Positions 39,789 through 47,913 of a DNA stretch of 64,000 nucleotides are shown one piece after another. Source of the stretch: Candidatus Sulfotelmatobacter sp. GTDB lineage: Bacteria > Acidobacteriota > Terriglobia > Terriglobales > Acidobacteriaceae. The stretch's first letter is position 1. Each line of letters opens with the position of its first letter. The DNA lies in contig DATGIB010000001.1 in the NCBI GenBank assembly GCA_035307485.1, positions 161,165 to 225,164 of the forward strand. Reading direction: 5' to 3'. A model generated the notes under the pieces. The model ran no database searches and was not told where the DNA came from. It saw nothing but the letters and a program-made list of their open reading frames with translations. The position numbers and the translations under genes were made by a program.

Positions 39789-40307
39789 TTACGGATTGGC
39801 CACTACATCCTGTTGGACATCGAGATCGTCGAGCAACTCGAAATCGGAATACAGGTCGTGATTTTTCTCGAGCGATTGCAGATCGCTTACCGCGCTGCCC
39901 GGCGGCTCAGGTTCAACAACCGCAGCTTCCTCACCGTGGTAGATGCCGCTTCCCCGCGTAAAGAGCAGCCCTACACCAATTCCCATCAGCACCGTCAGCG
40001 CGGCTGCCAGCACGGGACGACGGAACCAGTGCAGCCAGCCGGCTTGCGGCTTTGCCATTTCTTCCCGCAAGCGCGCCTGCAGCCGGACATCGAAGTACGG
40101 TGAAGGTTCCGGCGTCCGCCATTCGTCAAGCACCGACATTGTTGCGCGCATGCCGTTCAGCTGTTCGGCACAGGCCGCACAGCTTGCGAAATGCTGGTTT
40201 TCGTCTGCCGTCGGCTCACTGAACCCAGCGGCCACATCGGGCATCCGTTCGCGAATTTCCTCGCAATTCATAACTGCTTTCCCCTCAATTTCTCGCCCTT
40301 CGCTCAC
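39789..40307 (-). CDS. zf-HC2 anti-sigma factor
   Basis: HFASCAAC (H-x3-C-x2-C) near the N-terminus and a single TM helix (PVLAAALTVLMGIGVGLLF). Lies 14 nt downstream of the ECF sigma gene. Confidence 0.75.
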   Translation of the reverse strand: MSEGREIEGKAVMNCEEIRERMPDVAAGFSEPTADENQHFASCAACAEQLNGMRATMSVLDEWRTPEPSPYFDVRLQARLREEMAKPQAGWLHWFRRPVLAAALTVLMGIGVGLLFTRGSGIYHGEEAAVVEPEPPGSAVSDLQSLEKNHDLYSDFELLDDLDVQQDVVANP

Positions 40308-40321
40308 AAAGAAAGTGCTTC

Positions 40322-40954
40322 CTAAACGTATTCTTTTAACTGTTCCCGCAATGTTTCATAAGCCCGGAAGAGCAGAGATTTCGTAGCCGACTCGCTCTTC
40401 TTCAATACTTCGGCAATCTGCTTGTAATCCATCTGCTGATACTTGTGCATGGTCACGGCCAGCCGCTGCAACTCTGGTAAAGCTTCCACCTTGCGGCGAA
40501 TGGCCAGCAGTCGCTCGCGCTTCACCATTGCCTGTTCCGCCGTCAGACCAGCATCGGCAATCTCGATGGTCGACCCGGTTTCCTCATCCGGCTCGTCCAG
40601 ACTGACGGTTACTTCGGGCCGTTCGTGTCGCGTGTCGCGCGCATGATTGACGGCCAGATTCGTCGCGATGCGGTAAAGCCACGTCGTAAATTTCGCGCTC
40701 GCTTCATAGCTTTCGCGCGAGCGATAAACGCGCAGAAAAACTTCCTGCGCCAGATCTTCGGCCGCCGAGGCGTTTCGCGCCATGCGGTACATAAAGCTCA
40801 CCATCGGCCGCCGGTACTTCTCGACCAGGTAATCAAAAGCCGATGTGTCTCCGGCTTTCACCCGCAGCATGACCTGTGCATCCGACCCGGCTTCGCCAGC
40901 AGCCCCAGAGACCTCGAGAGCCGAAGAAGACTGCGGTGTCGTCGCCATCAGCAT
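40322..40954 (-). CDS. ECF-type RNA polymerase sigma-70 family factor
   Basis: Region 2 (AEDLAQEVFLRVYRSRESYEASAKFTTWLYRIATNLAVNHARD) and region 4 (LPELQRLAVTMHKYQQMDYKQIAEVLKKSESATKSLLFRAYETLREQL). The start is uncertain: the ORF is open to 41125, and I chose MLMATT at 40954. Confidence 0.85.
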   Translation of the reverse strand: MLMATTPQSSSALEVSGAAGEAGSDAQVMLRVKAGDTSAFDYLVEKYRRPMVSFMYRMARNASAAEDLAQEVFLRVYRSRESYEASAKFTTWLYRIATNLAVNHARDTRHERPEVTVSLDEPDEETGSTIEIADAGLTAEQAMVKRERLLAIRRKVEALPELQRLAVTMHKYQQMDYKQIAEVLKKSESATKSLLFRAYETLREQLKEYV

Positions 40955-41275
40955 GCCCCGGTCGAATGCGGCGGTGCTCACACCTATTTCAACCCCGGCA
41001 GGCGCCGAAAGTTGCGCCTCCAAGGGCCCCGAGGCGTCCGCAGAAGAGCTTTGGGATGAATGGTTTACGTGCACCCTCGCAGGCTTGGGGTCAGTTCCCA
41101 TCGGAAAGTCGCAGGGCGGCCGCAAATGGCTCAGGAAAATGGCACTCCGCCCTCGCAGCGTTAGGCTACCACGCTCTCTACCCCAGAGGCGATTCCCGGC
41201 GCCGGAATCTCGGGTAGAAGAGCAGCGCTCGCTTCAAGAAGCCACGACTTGAACAAGGCGCAAGATCGCGACGGC

Positions 41276-41467
41276 ATGACTGCCAACGACGAACTGATCA
41301 ATGACTTCCTTACCTACCTGCGAGCAGAACGCGGAGTCAGTGAGAACACGTTTGACGGCTATGCCCGCGATGCGCGCGGGTTTTCGGCGTGCCCCAATCG
41401 GAAGCTAAAACTCGAAAAGTCAGAGCAGCATGCTTCTATGGCGTCGGAAACGAAAATGCGAAACTGA
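41276..41467 (+). pseudogene. tyrosine recombinase XerD-like gene, truncated after about 37 codons
   Basis: MTANDELINDFLTYLRAERGVSENTFDGYARDARGF parallels the XerC/XerD N-terminal SAM-like domain. Similarity ends near 41385 and the frame stops at 41467. Confidence 0.55.
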
Positions 41468-41610
41468 CCGCGAGAGAAGTTCGGCAGATTCGACGGTTGT
41501 ACAGGCATGACGGAAACACTTGCCGGTCGTTGGCGGAAAAGTTTGGCGTTGGGCGGCAAACCATCCACGACGTGATCGAGCGCGTGATCTGGCGGGGTGG
41601 GGCGGTTTAG
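41389..41610 (+). CDS. small phage-type helix-turn-helix protein (possibly a gene fragment)
   Basis: NAKLTAREVRQIRRLYRHDGNTCRSLAEKFGVGRQTIHDVIERVIW resembles the NAKLT...IR..Y...S...LA..FGVS..TI..I....W module seen in phage HNH/HTH proteins. The true start is unclear. Confidence 0.4.
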   Translation: MPQSEAKTRKVRAACFYGVGNENAKLTAREVRQIRRLYRHDGNTCRSLAEKFGVGRQTIHDVIERVIWRGGAV

Positions 41611-41797
41611 AAAGTCGGTTATCCATGCCGCAGCTGCTCACACGATCGCCGGCTTGCTGCTCGAGATGGTTTTGTTAATCAGTCCTTACTGATTTGCGCT
41701 GCTTGCCGCCAAAGTGGCGAGGAGCGCTCTCCGAAAGATGCGAGAAAAATCTCGCGATTCGTACCCAAACCACCCCGAACCTGTGCATTAGATATGT

Positions 41798-42259
41798 GTG
41801 AACTCAGTTTACTATTCCGCCGCTTGGACTGAGTGCGCGTGTTTCCTGACCTGCGAGGATCGCCACAGCACAGTGGCTGACGCTGCTGCTTGCATTCGCC
41901 GCGCCGGTGCCTACGTTGTCGCCGCAGAGGATGGGGTGATGCGGTCCTTGACTGCCCAGGAAGAGGAGGAGTTTCAGTCGGTTATGCATGGCCATCCCAA
42001 AGCTCTTGCACCGTCTCCAACTTCGAAACAGCCATCGGCGCTCAATCCGCGGCGCGAAGGGGAAACGCTGATCGAATTTGTATTTCGCGTTCTCCACGAC
42101 GACGGATTCGACCCGCAGGTAAAAAAGGCTCCCAGTGAAACGAGCGACTTTGAGGGGCGCATAAGAACACAATTAGAGCAAGCCTTCCGTAGCAAGGACA
42201 GTCAAAGCTCTGAAGCTGCCTGGAATTGTTCGGAGATCCAAGATGCTGCCCGAGCATAA
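41798..42259 (+). CDS. hypothetical protein (Cys-rich N-terminus)
   Basis: 153-aa ORF with a GTG start. Its 3' end overlaps the next gene by 17 nt. No motif recognised. Confidence 0.4.
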   Translation: MNSVYYSAAWTECACFLTCEDRHSTVADAAACIRRAGAYVVAAEDGVMRSLTAQEEEEFQSVMHGHPKALAPSPTSKQPSALNPRREGETLIEFVFRVLHDDGFDPQVKKAPSETSDFEGRIRTQLEQAFRSKDSQSSEAAWNCSEIQDAARA

Positions 42260-42878
42260 ACAGGGGACGTCAGGTGCCCGCCCTCGTGACCGCCGAATTG
42301 ACCTAGATAAGCGGAAATTCGTCGCTGAGATGTCATTGGAAGAGATGCGCCTACAGCTACTCACTTCGTCTGTGACGGGCCTGCCGAATCGACGGGCTTT
42401 CGAGGAAGCAGGGCCTGCTCCTTTCGTCGCCATTTCCGATTTGGACGGACTCAAAGCGCTCAATGGGTACGGGTATGCTGTTGGTGACGCCGTCCTCAGG
42501 GCCAAAGCCGACGCCCTTCATGACGCAGGTCTCGAAGCGTACCACGATAAAGGGGACGAATTTCTGTGCCGAGCCAATGACCCGGAGGATCTGCTAACGC
42601 GCCTCGAGCGTGCCAGGAGGATTCTCGCCAAACGGACGATACAGACGGAACAAGGCGATGAAACTGCAGTGCAGGTCTTCGGCGCCGATTTCTCCTATGG
42701 GATCGGTCATAACATGCGCGAGGCAGAACAGCGTCTTAGAAACCAGAAGGCCGAACGCGAGGCCCGAGGCGAGCTAGCCCGCGGCCGCCTCTGTCATATC
42801 TCCGTAAGAAAAACAGAACAATCCGAAGCAGTCCCAGCTGTTTGTCCTTCTCAAACGGTTACCTCCGTAACGGTCTAG
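42243..42878 (+). CDS. stand-alone minimal GGDEF-family nucleotide cyclase-like protein with KGDEF signature
   Basis: VTGLPNRRAFEE, ISDLDGLKALNGYGYAVGD (metal-binding D-x-D, IND-like), HDKGDEFLC in place of GG[DE]EF, FSYGIGH. No sensor domain and no RxxD I-site. Confidence 0.65.
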   Translation: MLPEHKQGTSGARPRDRRIDLDKRKFVAEMSLEEMRLQLLTSSVTGLPNRRAFEEAGPAPFVAISDLDGLKALNGYGYAVGDAVLRAKADALHDAGLEAYHDKGDEFLCRANDPEDLLTRLERARRILAKRTIQTEQGDETAVQVFGADFSYGIGHNMREAEQRLRNQKAEREARGELARGRLCHISVRKTEQSEAVPAVCPSQTVTSVTV

Positions 42879-42955
42879 TTGCGCGAAATGCGCCGTGCTG
42901 GGCCGCAGCCGGTGCAATAGTCCATTAGAAGTTTCTTAGAACGGAGAAGAAAACA

Positions 42956-44005
42956 ATGGGGTTCTTGCTCTCCTCCCTCGACAATCCACCGTCAACTCAG
43001 ACCCTGGAACCGCCAGTGTCCTCGATACGAGGCATTGGTGCATCTCCGAAATCTTCTCTGCTGGTCGAAGACGACAATGCTTTGTCAGATTTCTTGAAAA
43101 GATGTCTGAAGGCTGAAGGTTACTCCGTCCGGACTGCTTCAAGCGCGGAAGAAGGCCTTCGATTGTATCGTGACTTTAGACCGTTCAACGTGGTGCTCAT
43201 CAATTACTGTGTGCCGCATAGAGAGGGGCAAATCATAGATCCCTTAGCGCCACAAGAAAACGGCGTCGAACTTGCGAGGGCAATCCGCAACATCGATTCC
43301 ACCCAGGCAATCCTTTTTGCTGCCTTCGCATTTAGCAACCCCGCCGAAGTGCCACGTCCAACTGCAGTAATGGACATACCTCTGCTCCTCGATTGCACTG
43401 CCTCTCGCATAAGGGGCCTGTTAGAGAGGGTCGAGATTGACTTAGCTATCAAGTCTCTGACTCCAGCAGATCTGTTACGGTTACGCACGATAGCCGCGCT
43501 ACTAGTTCGGGGCATCGGGCGTGCCGCACGGGGCCGAGATTGGCAAGACTTGTTGAACGAAGCCCAGTGCCGGACGCTCATTGGGGCCGGTGACACTCAG
43601 AACGGCAGACACTGGAACAGGAAGGTGTCGTTTGTGATGCACCTAGCGGGCGCGATGAAAAGCATCGCAAACCTTTGGAAACGGCAGTTTCGCGAGAAGG
43701 AGACCTATCTGATTTCGGAGCTCGTTACTTGCGATCAGGAAGGAGAAGAAAGCTCGCCAGTGGACAATCTGCCCTCAGATTCCGTGCCAGCAGATCGCCG
43801 CCTCATTGAGGAAGGCACCGCGGCCGAAGCGTTTGCCTTGTTCAACAGCGATGAGACCGAGGCACTCGTTTTGAGACGCATCACTGATGGATTAGGGAAG
43901 AACGAAATCAAACGAGCTTGTGGTCTGAATGAGAAGCAGTATGCGGCAACAATAAGACGACTCAGACACAAACTGCTCACTCAGAGAACTAAGGGGAGCC
44001 AATAA
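42956..44005 (+). CDS. pseudo-receiver domain fused to ECF-sigma-like regions 2 and 4
   Basis: Receiver-like SLLVEDDNALSDFLKRCLKAEGYSV...FNVVLINYCVP (Asn where the phospho-Asp should be). Then DWQDLLNEAQCRTL...FVMHLAGAMKSIANLWKRQ (sigma region-2-like) and ETEALVLRRITDGLGKNEIKRACGLNEKQYAATIRRLRHKL (region-4-like HTH). Confidence 0.55.
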   Translation: MGFLLSSLDNPPSTQTLEPPVSSIRGIGASPKSSLLVEDDNALSDFLKRCLKAEGYSVRTASSAEEGLRLYRDFRPFNVVLINYCVPHREGQIIDPLAPQENGVELARAIRNIDSTQAILFAAFAFSNPAEVPRPTAVMDIPLLLDCTASRIRGLLERVEIDLAIKSLTPADLLRLRTIAALLVRGIGRAARGRDWQDLLNEAQCRTLIGAGDTQNGRHWNRKVSFVMHLAGAMKSIANLWKRQFREKETYLISELVTCDQEGEESSPVDNLPSDSVPADRRLIEEGTAAEAFALFNSDETEALVLRRITDGLGKNEIKRACGLNEKQYAATIRRLRHKLLTQRTKGSQ

Positions 44006-44391
44006 TGGCACGCCACAGAACCAGCCAGGACGACTTAGAGACAGTCATAAATTACTTGTCCGATTCATTGTTGGAATCTGACAGCGCCTTATCCGCAGAA
44101 ACCAGGGACCTGGGGCTCGATCCAGAGCAGGAAGGTGAACGGACACGTGACGTTTTGCGTGGTGCTTGTCAGGCTCTGGAATTCGCGAACAGGAGGCTGT
44201 GCATCCTTGGGCATGCCGTCGATTCAAACTGGGAGTACAGGCGAGGCGAGTATCACAATACGTGTGCGAACTGTGGTGCGGATGTCAGTTTTTCAGTCGT
44301 AACACACGCCTCAAAGGGTGCAGCCCTGCAAACGGGCTGTTCGGCGAGCAGGAGATACACAGCGACTGGACGGGGAGCATCTCGCGGCTAG
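44005..44391 (+). CDS. hypothetical protein with possible zinc-ribbon (CILGH...CANC)
   Basis: 128-aa ORF. Its ATG overlaps the previous stop (TAATG), implying translational coupling. Confidence 0.45.
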   Translation: MARHRTSQDDLETVINYLSDSLLESDSALSAETRDLGLDPEQEGERTRDVLRGACQALEFANRRLCILGHAVDSNWEYRRGEYHNTCANCGADVSFSVVTHASKGAALQTGCSASRRYTATGRGASRG

Positions 44392-44417
44392 AGCCGGCAT
44401 GAAATTCTAAAGACGGT

Positions 44418-44831
44418 GTGAAAATGTCATCCACGCCAGAGTGGAACAATCAACAAACCAACAAGTACTCGAAGAAGTTTTTCTCAATAAGACGTGCTAT
44501 GGTTTACGCGGCCGCCGGGCGGTCGCTTCCCGGGGCAGATGAAGGACTGACTGAGGAGGGGCTACCAATGTGGAAGAGCTATCACGAATCCCAGCCGGGG
44601 GTGATTCGTTCGACTGGGAAACCCGCAATTTTGAGATTTTGGGAAGCTGCCGACGGCAGTGGCATGTGGCTTCAATCCAACTGTTGGGGGAAATTAGGGA
44701 CAAGTAACTGGACTTTGGGAGGAGTGGACTACGTGAAAGAACAGGGTGGAGTGGAAGTAGAACCCGGATTTTGGGCCCTTGACGAGCCAGTAACTGCGTT
44801 CATCAAGTTCTCAGACATGAGACGCAACTAA
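44418..44831 (+). CDS. hypothetical protein
   Basis: 137-aa Trp-rich ORF. Co-directional, 26 nt after the previous gene. Confidence 0.4.
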   Translation: MKMSSTPEWNNQQTNKYSKKFFSIRRAMVYAAAGRSLPGADEGLTEEGLPMWKSYHESQPGVIRSTGKPAILRFWEAADGSGMWLQSNCWGKLGTSNWTLGGVDYVKEQGGVEVEPGFWALDEPVTAFIKFSDMRRN

Positions 44832-44908
44832 AGAACCGTAGGCATCGAATACTCGTAGCGACAATGGACTTCTGAAACAGCAAAGAGTGGCAGGAATTAT
44901 CCGGCCTG

Positions 44909-45772
44909 TTGACGACGGCATATCTCCCAGGTCCTACCGTCGGCGGCCAGTACCTCAACCTGCTGAGCGTTCGCACGCCCGATGGCAAAATCGCGCTTGC
45001 GGCTGCCGTCTTTGACGATATATATCCGGGCAGCAACTTTATCGAAATAACAGACGAGATGTTGCGGGCGAAGCTAAGAAACATCAAAGGACAGTCCCAT
45101 AACGTTTCCGGAACCGGTGACTTTCCTGTCTTCTACTACGAATATTTAATGTGTACGGCTGACTTCAAAGTCTTCTCGAAGACTGGGAAACTTCCAGCTG
45201 TGACCGAAAGAGAACGTCCTGAAAGAGACCGCTTAGCCGATGAGATCATGAAACTTCTGATCAAGCGCCAAACCAGCCTCGCCGACGGGGTCGATACACT
45301 CACCACGATGATGATCAACGTCCTCAAAGACATGTACGAAGGCACAAGGGCGAACGAGTTCAACCTGCTTTGTTCTGATTTCTACGAACAGGTGAGGAGG
45401 TTCTCGGAATCGATGAAGAGTGATCGCTTTTGTCTCATTCCCATAAAGGGTTTCGTGGAAGATACGAAGCACGTACTGAGGAAGCGTGATCGAGTTAGTG
45501 GGCTTCATTTCGGAGTGAAACACTTCTGGCATCGTATCGGGCAAGCCCTTGGTCAGGGCGGTGCGCCTCCCGAACGGGTCCGCCCTTTATCCATTGAAAT
45601 AGGCGAGCTTCTGAAGAGGCGCCCGATCTGCCCCCGCGACGCTTTTAATGGGCTCAACACGGTGATGCTCACCGCCATCGAAGCCACACACGGTCGCGAA
45701 AAAGCGGACCAGTTCGACATGTTTGTCGCTCGTCTCTGCGAAGAGGCAAGCAGGTTGTCGGGGGGTAAGTAG
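44909..45772 (+). CDS. hypothetical protein with an internal ~56-aa duplication
   Basis: TTG start. EIMKLLIKRQTSLADGVDTLTTMMINVLKDMYEGTRANEFNLLCSDFYEQVRRFSE aligns without gaps to EIGELLKRRPICPRDAFNGLNTVMLTAIEATHGREKADQFDMFVARLCEEASRLSG (14/56 identical by hand count). Confidence 0.45.
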   Translation: MTTAYLPGPTVGGQYLNLLSVRTPDGKIALAAAVFDDIYPGSNFIEITDEMLRAKLRNIKGQSHNVSGTGDFPVFYYEYLMCTADFKVFSKTGKLPAVTERERPERDRLADEIMKLLIKRQTSLADGVDTLTTMMINVLKDMYEGTRANEFNLLCSDFYEQVRRFSESMKSDRFCLIPIKGFVEDTKHVLRKRDRVSGLHFGVKHFWHRIGQALGQGGAPPERVRPLSIEIGELLKRRPICPRDAFNGLNTVMLTAIEATHGREKADQFDMFVARLCEEASRLSGGK

Positions 45773-45792
45773 TCTGGGAGCGCGAGTACGTC

Positions 45793-47262
45793 ATGGTGCG
45801 GATGGACGCATGGAAGCTTGGGGCCCATGAAGTCGTTTACCACGAATATACGCATTCGATCCTTCATCGAAATTTTCACTGGATCCCGGTCTGGCTCGAT
45901 GAAGGGATCGCGGACTTCTATGGCTTTTCTCGCTTCGAAGCCAACAGGATTCTTGTCGGGGCGCCCCCAGAGCGGTATCGAATGGTCTCAGGGCAAGTCC
46001 TGATCCCGATCGACACGCTTATATCCGTGGATCGCAGTTCTCCTTATTACCGCGACTGGGATAAGGTTTACCGATTCTATGGGGAATCGTGGGGACTGGT
46101 ACATTTTCTGATGTTCGACCCGGGTATGGGTCAGGGAAAGAAACTGAATGAATATTTGGCTCGGCTGCAACAGGGAGACGAATCGAAGAAAGCTTTCCAG
46201 CAGGTATTTGGTGATTTCAAGACAATCGAATCGCAGTTAGATCTCTACCTTTCTCGGTTTACTTTCCGGGCCGGAGTGTTGCCGAATCCCCCGCAATTTG
46301 ATGAGAAGAGTTTTTCCGAACGGACTCTGACGATGGCGGAAACAAATGCTGAACTGGCCGGCTTCCATCTATGGACGCATGAGACAGAAGGAGCCCGCCG
46401 GCTTGCCGAAGAAGCGCTAAAAACAGATCCGAAGCTTGGCTTCGCCCATGAGGTGATGGGTTTCATCGAGTTCGGAGAAGGTAAAGATGCGGAAGCTCTC
46501 AACGACTTCACTCAGGCGTCGAGCCTCGCCCCGGATCTTCCGCTCTCCTTGTTCGCAAAGACGATGATGTCGCCGATCGCGACGTCGAGCGACCCGACCG
46601 ACGAAAATTCGTTGCACGATGCCCTGATGAAAGTGGTGACCCTGAATCCTCAGTTCGCTCCCGCTTACATACAACTGGCGAAGCTGGCTTTGCGGAGGGG
46701 CGATCCACAAACAGCCTTCGCTGTTTCGAGGAAGGCGGAGCAATTGGAACCCACGCGGGCCGGGTATCACGTTCTGAGTGGACAGATTCTTCGGCGGCTT
46801 GGAAAGGAAAAAGAAGCGGCAACGTTCGCCCATTTTGTTGCGGACCGCTGGCCGGGGGCGGATCACAACGAGGCGGTGGAGCTCTGGAATGCTGTTCCAG
46901 CAGACCAGAGGCCGCAAAGCGATCCACTGTCTGACGCGGTCTCCAACGATACTATCAGCATGGATGGCCATATTGCGGCTGTTAAGTGCGGCGACAAAGA
47001 GGTACAGCCCGATGTGACTCTTGCGCACGAAGGAAAACTCTTCGTCTTCCACCTGAAGCAACCTTTCGGTGCCGGCTTCTCAGATACGCTCTGGTACGGT
47101 GAAGATCATTTCAGCCTGTGCCACCATCTGCAGGGAATGAGAGCAGTGATTCGATACAAAGCCCCAACCGATCCTGCGTACTCTGGAGATGTCTCAGAGA
47201 TCGAGATTCGAGATGAACTCACTCCGCCCCCGACCAGATCGGCAGTGACGGATGTGCAGTAG
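45793..47262 (+). CDS. HExxH (gluzincin/DUF1570-like) metallopeptidase domain plus TPR-like repeats and a C-terminal beta-rich domain; apparently lacks an N-terminal signal/pro-region
   Basis: VYHEYTHSIL (HExxH) with downstream WLDEGIADFY. The mid-region is TPR-like (AEEALKTDPKLGFAHEVMG..., NPQFAPAYIQLAKLALRRGDPQTA). The ORF begins only 16 aa before the HExxH. Confidence 0.6.
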   Translation: MVRMDAWKLGAHEVVYHEYTHSILHRNFHWIPVWLDEGIADFYGFSRFEANRILVGAPPERYRMVSGQVLIPIDTLISVDRSSPYYRDWDKVYRFYGESWGLVHFLMFDPGMGQGKKLNEYLARLQQGDESKKAFQQVFGDFKTIESQLDLYLSRFTFRAGVLPNPPQFDEKSFSERTLTMAETNAELAGFHLWTHETEGARRLAEEALKTDPKLGFAHEVMGFIEFGEGKDAEALNDFTQASSLAPDLPLSLFAKTMMSPIATSSDPTDENSLHDALMKVVTLNPQFAPAYIQLAKLALRRGDPQTAFAVSRKAEQLEPTRAGYHVLSGQILRRLGKEKEAATFAHFVADRWPGADHNEAVELWNAVPADQRPQSDPLSDAVSNDTISMDGHIAAVKCGDKEVQPDVTLAHEGKLFVFHLKQPFGAGFSDTLWYGEDHFSLCHHLQGMRAVIRYKAPTDPAYSGDVSEIEIRDELTPPPTRSAVTDVQ

Positions 47263-47641
47263 CCCGCGCGTTGCTGCCTCGACAAGAGTGGCATTTAAGG
47301 AAGAGTCGGAATCTCGTCCGGCCGGGAAAATATTGGGACGGATCCGCACCGCCGGGCATTCTGTGCCTGGCAACGTGCGCCGGATCAGTCGCGCCAAGAG
47401 CACCAAACGCCGCTGCGGCGGCCCGCAAAGCTCGATCGACGACTTGTGGGCAAACGAAACATCACGCGAAGGGCCACTGCCGATCATGTTACGAAGCTAC
47501 AGCGAAAATTCGAAAGCGTAAGGCGGCATATGCGGCCGCCCACCGAATTCCGGCCCCCGCAAAAGTAGAATCAATTCTTGCGGCCATCTGGACCAGCCGC
47601 CCTACGCGTTTGGACTTTGTGTTGCTTGCTATTGAAACCGC

Positions 47642-47791
47642 CGCTTAAGAAGTTGGGCTTCGATTCGCAAAGGCGCCGGGCTTCACGCGTTTCGGCGATC
47701 AAATGCATCGGCGCTCGATTCTCCCGGGGTCCCTCTTTCGGTGCGAAAGGATCGGCTGGGGCATGTCGATATCGCAATGACCATGAATTAA
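47642..47791 (+). pseudogene. tyrosine-recombinase (phage integrase family) C-terminal remnant
   Basis: A frame not in the ORF track reads ...GLHAFRRSNASALDSPGVPLSVRKDRLGHVDIAMTMN*. It resembles H..R.....L...GV.L..I...LGH..I.MT..Y but stops just before the catalytic Tyr. No upstream catalytic domain is present. Confidence 0.4.
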
Positions 47792-47913
47792 GCCAAGCAG
47801 CGTCGGCAGATCGACGATTCGGCGGCGGATCGAATCGGGGGCAGTTTTTGCGCCGAGTTTGCCTGCTGATGAAGCATCGTGTTAGAAATAAAGAAGTTCG
47901 TCACTGAATGCAA

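Larger units (their letters stand above)
41276..47791 (+). mobile_element. decayed integrative-element-like mosaic (lower GC, orphan genes) bracketed by recombinase gene fragments, ending 120 nt 5' of tRNA-Val
   Basis: XerD-like 5' fragment at the left edge and an integrase 3' fragment at the right edge. A phage-type small HTH fragment is present. All genes are co-directional and several overlap. Spot GC drops to about 42-50% (for example, line 44401 has 25/60 GC) versus about 63% in a core line (8041). Confidence 0.5.

Noticed and set aside
41276-47791. Idea that the XerD-like 5' fragment and the integrase 3' fragment are two halves of one gene split by a simple 6-kb insertion
   Set aside because: Together they account for fewer than 100 of the ~300+ residues of a recombinase. 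The spacing around HxxR...LGH in the 3' fragment looks phage-integrase-like rather than XerD-like. More complex decay is needed to explain the layout.
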